DNA of 63,990 bases, counting the filler. It is 4 parts of 4 records of this genome, joined end to end, with 100 filler letters (N's around TTAATTAATTAA, not from the genome) between each part and the next. Parts side by side here need not be neighbours in the genome. Positions count along the whole stretch, not along the records: positions 34,906 to 63,990 come from SRR31156797_2471; 3 more parts are not named here. The stretch is one strand, 5' to 3'. Below the pieces are notes generated by a model. It was given only the letters and a program-made list of their open reading frames with translations, had not been told where the DNA came from and did no database searches. The translations under genes and the position numbers were made by a program. This document shows positions 59,961-63,990 of this stretch, one piece after another. How positions within the stretch are numbered: the first letter of the stretch is position 1; each line of letters opens with the position of its first letter.

Positions 59961-62171
59961 TTATCTACTAGCTCCATAGAGTCCTAATCCTTTTACAATT
60001 AAGAAATCCTCATCCTCTTTTACATTTTCTGCAAAAAGTTTGATATTCAGAAGTTTTGAGAGCTCTTGCATCGATTCTACAAAACCTTTTTTCGTAGCCT
60101 CTTTTGCAATACCATTGGTATAATCCCTTGCCAATCTTATATAATCAAGATTAAAATCTTTAATATCATCTAATGGAATAAATTTTGTTTCAAACCTTTT
60201 GATAATGATTTTTGCTCCAGCATCATGGATCGCTTCAATAAAGTATTTAAACTTCTCAACATCTTTTGTTACCCCATACGCTGTTACACTAAATACAAGC
60301 TTTGAAGCAATTGCCTTATTTTGTAAAATGATATTTTTAAGCCAATTCTTAAACCCAATATCAAAGACCGAATCTAGAGATAAGTTAATAGATATACTAT
60401 GTGAACACCCTGTAGCTTTAATATGTTCAATAACTTTTTGAACAACTGCTTGGTCAAAACTTTTTACTTTATCATACTGTTCAGCAATAGAGATAAAAGT
60501 ACCAATTGGGATAAGCTCTCCTTTTTGATCTTTTGCTTTTGTAAAAGCTTCCTCCATCAATAAAGTCTCTTGAGTCTCAGGACTTAATCCAAATGCTTGA
60601 CCCACATATTCCACTTCAAACTTTTTATTATCAATCACATCAAAAACAAGTTTTTTCCACTCATCCATATCACGTGAAAGATCCTCTTCATCTTTTAAGA
60701 AAAACTCATTTGGACCAATCAATTTTGCTTTTTCATAGGCTTCAATAGCACTTGAAAGCATCCCATCAATTGTTCCGATTTTATTAAATGGTGTTCCACC
60801 AGTATGGGCAACCTCTTGCATAGAAACTTCTAATGCTAACTTATCAAACTCAATTTTGAGTTTTTTTGCAATCTGTTGTGCCTCTTTTTCATCCACATCT
60901 TGTACGATCATAGCAAACTCTGAACCATAAAATCTATATGCTGTTGAGTTATCAGCTACACTTTTTAAGGCATTAGCAAATTTGATTAAAAATGTTTCAA
61001 CCTCTTTATTTGTATGGTGTTTTGCATAATTAGCCAAATCATCTATTTTTAAAATAAAAACATATCCTGTTGATTTATCGATAAACATCTTTTTAATATC
61101 TGTTTCAAATGATTGTCGAAGTTGTAAAGAGGTAAGATCATCTTCAGAGAGTTTTTTTGTCATCTCTTGAAGGTTTCCATTAAGTTTTTTAATAACCCCC
61201 TCAATCTTATCTGACATCTCATTCATAGCAATAGATACATTTTTAAGTTCTGTTGTCCAAGGAAGCTTTGTAATAGTAGTAAATCTTCCTTTTGCAATAG
61301 ATTCGGCTAAAGATTCTATCGCTTTTAAAGGTTTTAATATAAATCGTAAGAAAACGACTAAAAGTACTATCGAGATTATAAACTCTACGATTGCATATAT
61401 TATCGCTTTATTTACCTGCTCATAAAGTTTTTGATACGCATTTCCTGCTGAGGCTGTTGCATAGAGTGTTGCGAGTTCATCAGAAGAGCGATCATCATCT
61501 ATAGAACGTTTGGCTTCATTCATCTGAAAAGAGACCTTATCTATAAACCAACTTGGAACATTTCCATATTGTTCTGTTCCTCTTACTAAATGTTTTACTT
61601 TAGTAAACTTCATTGTTGTAAAAAGAGCTTTTGATTCATCCCCATTAGTTACTTCTAACTCCATTTCCACCTCTGATCCATCAACAAAGTCTTGTGCAGG
61701 AGCAAAAGCAAATTGAATATTTTTAAGTTGACTCAAATTAGTATCATTTACACTCTCACTAATCTCTGCAAACACATCTTCAACACTTTGAGCAACTTTG
61801 AACTTTTCTATCTTCCCTATCTCTTGAGCGATAGAAACACTTTTTACAACCCACTCTTCACTATCTAAAGAGAGTTTTTCTAAAAGATCATTTTGTGTAA
61901 AGGTTATATTAGGAACTTCTAAACGCAACTCTTTAAAATCTCCACTATTTACAAGTCCTCTAAAGATAAGCTCAATCTCAACATCACTAATATCTTTTTT
62001 TATAATTGGTTTTAGAACCTGTACTAAAAAGGTAGCAGTATCTGCAGCTTTTGAGTCTGATTCTATTTTTAGATACTCTTTTGTATTTTGAACACTTATA
62101 AAAAAATTACTCGCAAATATCATAAAAAAAATAAATGAGATTATGATATACAACTGTTTTGAGAGTGACAT
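59961..62171 (-). CDS. lapD: LapD/MoxY-type c-di-GMP receptor (periplasmic domain-HAMP-degenerate GGDEF-degenerate EAL)
   Basis: MSLSKQL start, A.DTAT.L, VPSWF, HAMP (LKPL...AESIA.GRF...LPWTTEL), GGDEF replaced by FYGSEF and EAL by EEAF; abuts lapG. Confidence 0.85.
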   Translation of the reverse strand: MSLSKQLYIIISFIFFMIFASNFFISVQNTKEYLKIESDSKAADTATFLVQVLKPIIKKDISDVEIELIFRGLVNSGDFKELRLEVPNITFTQNDLLEKLSLDSEEWVVKSVSIAQEIGKIEKFKVAQSVEDVFAEISESVNDTNLSQLKNIQFAFAPAQDFVDGSEVEMELEVTNGDESKALFTTMKFTKVKHLVRGTEQYGNVPSWFIDKVSFQMNEAKRSIDDDRSSDELATLYATASAGNAYQKLYEQVNKAIIYAIVEFIISIVLLVVFLRFILKPLKAIESLAESIAKGRFTTITKLPWTTELKNVSIAMNEMSDKIEGVIKKLNGNLQEMTKKLSEDDLTSLQLRQSFETDIKKMFIDKSTGYVFILKIDDLANYAKHHTNKEVETFLIKFANALKSVADNSTAYRFYGSEFAMIVQDVDEKEAQQIAKKLKIEFDKLALEVSMQEVAHTGGTPFNKIGTIDGMLSSAIEAYEKAKLIGPNEFFLKDEEDLSRDMDEWKKLVFDVIDNKKFEVEYVGQAFGLSPETQETLLMEEAFTKAKDQKGELIPIGTFISIAEQYDKVKSFDQAVVQKVIEHIKATGCSHSISINLSLDSVFDIGFKNWLKNIILQNKAIASKLVFSVTAYGVTKDVEKFKYFIEAIHDAGAKIIIKRFETKFIPLDDIKDFNLDYIRLARDYTNGIAKEATKKGFVESMQELSKLLNIKLFAENVKEDEDFLIVKGLGLYGASR

Positions 62172-62172
62172 A

Positions 62173-62817
62173 TTAGATCCTTTCCATCATAGATTTCCAA
62201 TTTTTTAAGTTATTACTTCCCATATTTACCTCTGTTTTTCCTTTATTTTGTGCTTTCCATAATCCTACGGCATTAAAACTATAAATATATTTCAAATCTT
62301 TTCTTTGGGTTGCTAATAATAACCGCTTATTAACATTATCCAGTACAACGGGGGTTTGATTTGGTTTATGGTAGTAGTTCAGTACCATATGAGCTTCTTC
62401 GTATTTAGTTCCTCTTCTTGATAACTTAACATATGCGATCTTTAGTTTATCATCTGATATTCCAAGTTGACGTAGAGCAAAATATTTTGCAATAGCATAA
62501 TCTTCACAATCCCCTGCTCCCGTTCCTAAAAACTCAAAAGGTGATGCCCAATAGTCTTTCTTCTTCCAATGAAGACTATCCCTTTTATATTGGATCCTAT
62601 TAAAAAACTCATTGACTATTTTTAATTTTTCTAAAGTATTTTTGTTTTTTGCACTTTGAAGCATTTTGTCCCATAATAGCACTCTTTTTTTTGCTTTTGG
62701 ACCATATTTTTTTTCGATCTTAATAAGTTTTTGTATTGATATATTAACAGGAACGTTCCCTATAAGAGACGAAGTAAAAAAACATAAAAATAATACTCTT
62801 AAAACTATCTTTTCCAT
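62173..62817 (-). CDS. lapG: Transglutaminase-like cysteine protease (BTLCP), LapG
   Basis: VNEFFN, HWKKKDYWASP.EFL, GDCEDYAIAKY, HMVL and VLDN (Cys-His-Asp triad); signal peptide from Met at 62817. Confidence 0.9.
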   Translation of the reverse strand: MEKIVLRVLFLCFFTSSLIGNVPVNISIQKLIKIEKKYGPKAKKRVLLWDKMLQSAKNKNTLEKLKIVNEFFNRIQYKRDSLHWKKKDYWASPFEFLGTGAGDCEDYAIAKYFALRQLGISDDKLKIAYVKLSRRGTKYEEAHMVLNYYHKPNQTPVVLDNVNKRLLLATQRKDLKYIYSFNAVGLWKAQNKGKTEVNMGSNNLKNWKSMMERI

Positions 62818-62927
62818 CTCAAAAAGTATACCATAATAAAGAACTAAATACAAAATATTTTTTTCAATTATATTTATAATTTTTTTATAACTATTTTATA
62901 GTATAATCATATTTAAGGTTATTTATT

Positions 62928-63635
62928 ATGGAAAATGAAAAGAAATTATTACAAAATCTTAAAACACTCTCAATATTGTATATAGAAGATGAAGATCGAA
63001 TACGAGAAGATATGGTCTCTACTTTTAAACTTCTATGCCATGAGGTATATCCTTTTGAGTGTGCAGAGAGTGCATTACAAAACTTTGATACACTAAGTCC
63101 TGATATTATATTTAGTGATATTAGTCTTGGAAACTCTAGTGGTCTTGAATTTGCAAGAAATATTAGAGGTTTTGATAAAAAGATCCCCATTATACTTCTC
63201 TCAGCCCATACTGATACTTCTTATCTTTTAGAAGCAGCGAAGTTAAAACTTATCGCATATCTAACAAAACCTATCACTTTTGAAGAGCTTAAAAATACAC
63301 TTTTAGAAGCAGTACTTGATATCAATCTTGAAAAATCAAGTTTATTATTCCCTCTTCCAAATAATATCAATTATGATACCCACCATAAAATTCTTTATGA
63401 TGAAAACTCTCAAGAGATAAAACTCTCAGCAAGTGAAAATAAACTCTTAGAATATTTTATACAAAACAATAATAGAACACTCTCACAAGATGAGATCAAA
63501 ACAGCAGTATGGAGTGATCCTTATGAAGCTACAGATACTGCTTTAAAATCTCTTATTCATAAACTACGTTCAAAAATAGGGAAAAGTACTATTAAAAACC
63601 TCTCTGGAATTGGATATTATTTAAATCTCCAATAG
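62928..63635 (+). CDS. OmpR-family response regulator
   Basis: LYIEDED, SDISL, YLTKP and winged helix LRSKIG..IKNLSGIGY. Confidence 0.9.
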   Translation: MENEKKLLQNLKTLSILYIEDEDRIREDMVSTFKLLCHEVYPFECAESALQNFDTLSPDIIFSDISLGNSSGLEFARNIRGFDKKIPIILLSAHTDTSYLLEAAKLKLIAYLTKPITFEELKNTLLEAVLDINLEKSSLLFPLPNNINYDTHHKILYDENSQEIKLSASENKLLEYFIQNNNRTLSQDEIKTAVWSDPYEATDTALKSLIHKLRSKIGKSTIKNLSGIGYYLNLQ

Positions 63636-63647
63636 TTTTTCAAACTT

Positions 63648-63989
63648 TTAAGGGTTTAATGGCAATTCAATAGTGAACTTTGCCCCATAATACTCTTTGC
63701 CATTAAAACGAAAACTTTCATTACACACTGTAATATCTCCACCCATACCACTTACTATAAGACTTTTTGTCATATGAAGTCCTAGCCCTGTACCATGCTC
63801 ATCATCTTTTGTAGTAAAATATGGTTCAAATATTTTTTCAAGTAGATTTTCAGGGATTCCTCCAGCATTATCTTTAAAAACTATTTGCACTTTATTTGCA
63901 TCAATATGTTGAGAGATAAATATAAAGCGTTCAGTTTCATCAATATGATTTTCAAGTAAGGCATCTTTTGCATTATTAAAAATATTGAT
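63648..63989 (-). CDS. Sensor histidine kinase C-terminus (HATPase), 5' part outside the window
   Basis: INIFNNAKDA, DNAGGIP, FEPYFTTK and GTGLGL; frame is open to the window end. Confidence 0.88.
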   Translation of the reverse strand: MNIFNNAKDALLENHIDETERFIFISQHIDANKVQIVFKDNAGGIPENLLEKIFEPYFTTKDDEHGTGLGLHMTKSLIVSGMGGDITVCNESFRFNGKEYYGAKFTIELPLNP

Positions 63990-63990
63990 A

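Noticed and set aside
1713-63190. Many 60-170 aa ORFs in the track that overlap or lie antisense to assigned genes (e.g. 48050-48565, 51942-52352, 18174-18545, 15401-15595)
   Set aside because: Shadow frames of well-supported genes, with no recognisable motifs.
1-63990. CRISPR arrays, tRNA/rRNA genes, IS elements or prophage
   Set aside because: No repeat-spacer arrays, structural RNA signatures, transposases, integrases or phage genes were seen.

Overview
This window is not one continuous genome region. It is four contigs joined by 100-bp artificial linkers (44 N + TTAATTAATTAA + 44 N) at 9118-9217, 18940-19039 and 34806-34905. Contig 1 (1-9117, Arcobacter-like Campylobacterota) carries an aldehyde dehydrogenase divergent from a FIST-domain kinase/response regulator pair, a CHASE-PAS kinase, pepA, thiS, a YraN gene and a partial ClC channel. 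Contig 2 (9218-18939) is Bacteroidota housekeeping DNA: acyl-CoA carboxylase beta, LptF/G, tgt, GT2, an ECF sigma factor, rsmG, rpmH, a PASTA protein, an RluD-type synthase and ddl. Contig 3 (19040-34805, Arcobacter-like) is a Wzz/Wzy/Wzx polysaccharide locus with a full 2-hydroxyethylphosphonate pathway (cytidylyltransferase-PepM fusion, Ppd, Fe-ADH). It also holds an orphan alkaline-phosphatase-superfamily enzyme, an AlgD-like dehydrogenase, a SAM methyltransferase and an MBOAT acyltransferase. Contig 4 (34906-63990, Campylobacterota) has signalling genes, xth, a type II R-M system plus a DUF429-like gene, lepA, and a Lap-type adhesin system (LapG, LapD, LapB/C/E-type T1SS). That system is unusual in having a SPOR-fused TolC, an ankyrin/ZorB-like OmpA lipoprotein and an embedded GT4 + dTDP-rhamnose operon. 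The phosphonoglycan locus and the modified Lap/T1SS cluster are the strongest candidates for undescribed systems. All calls come from motif recognition by eye; no database searches were run.
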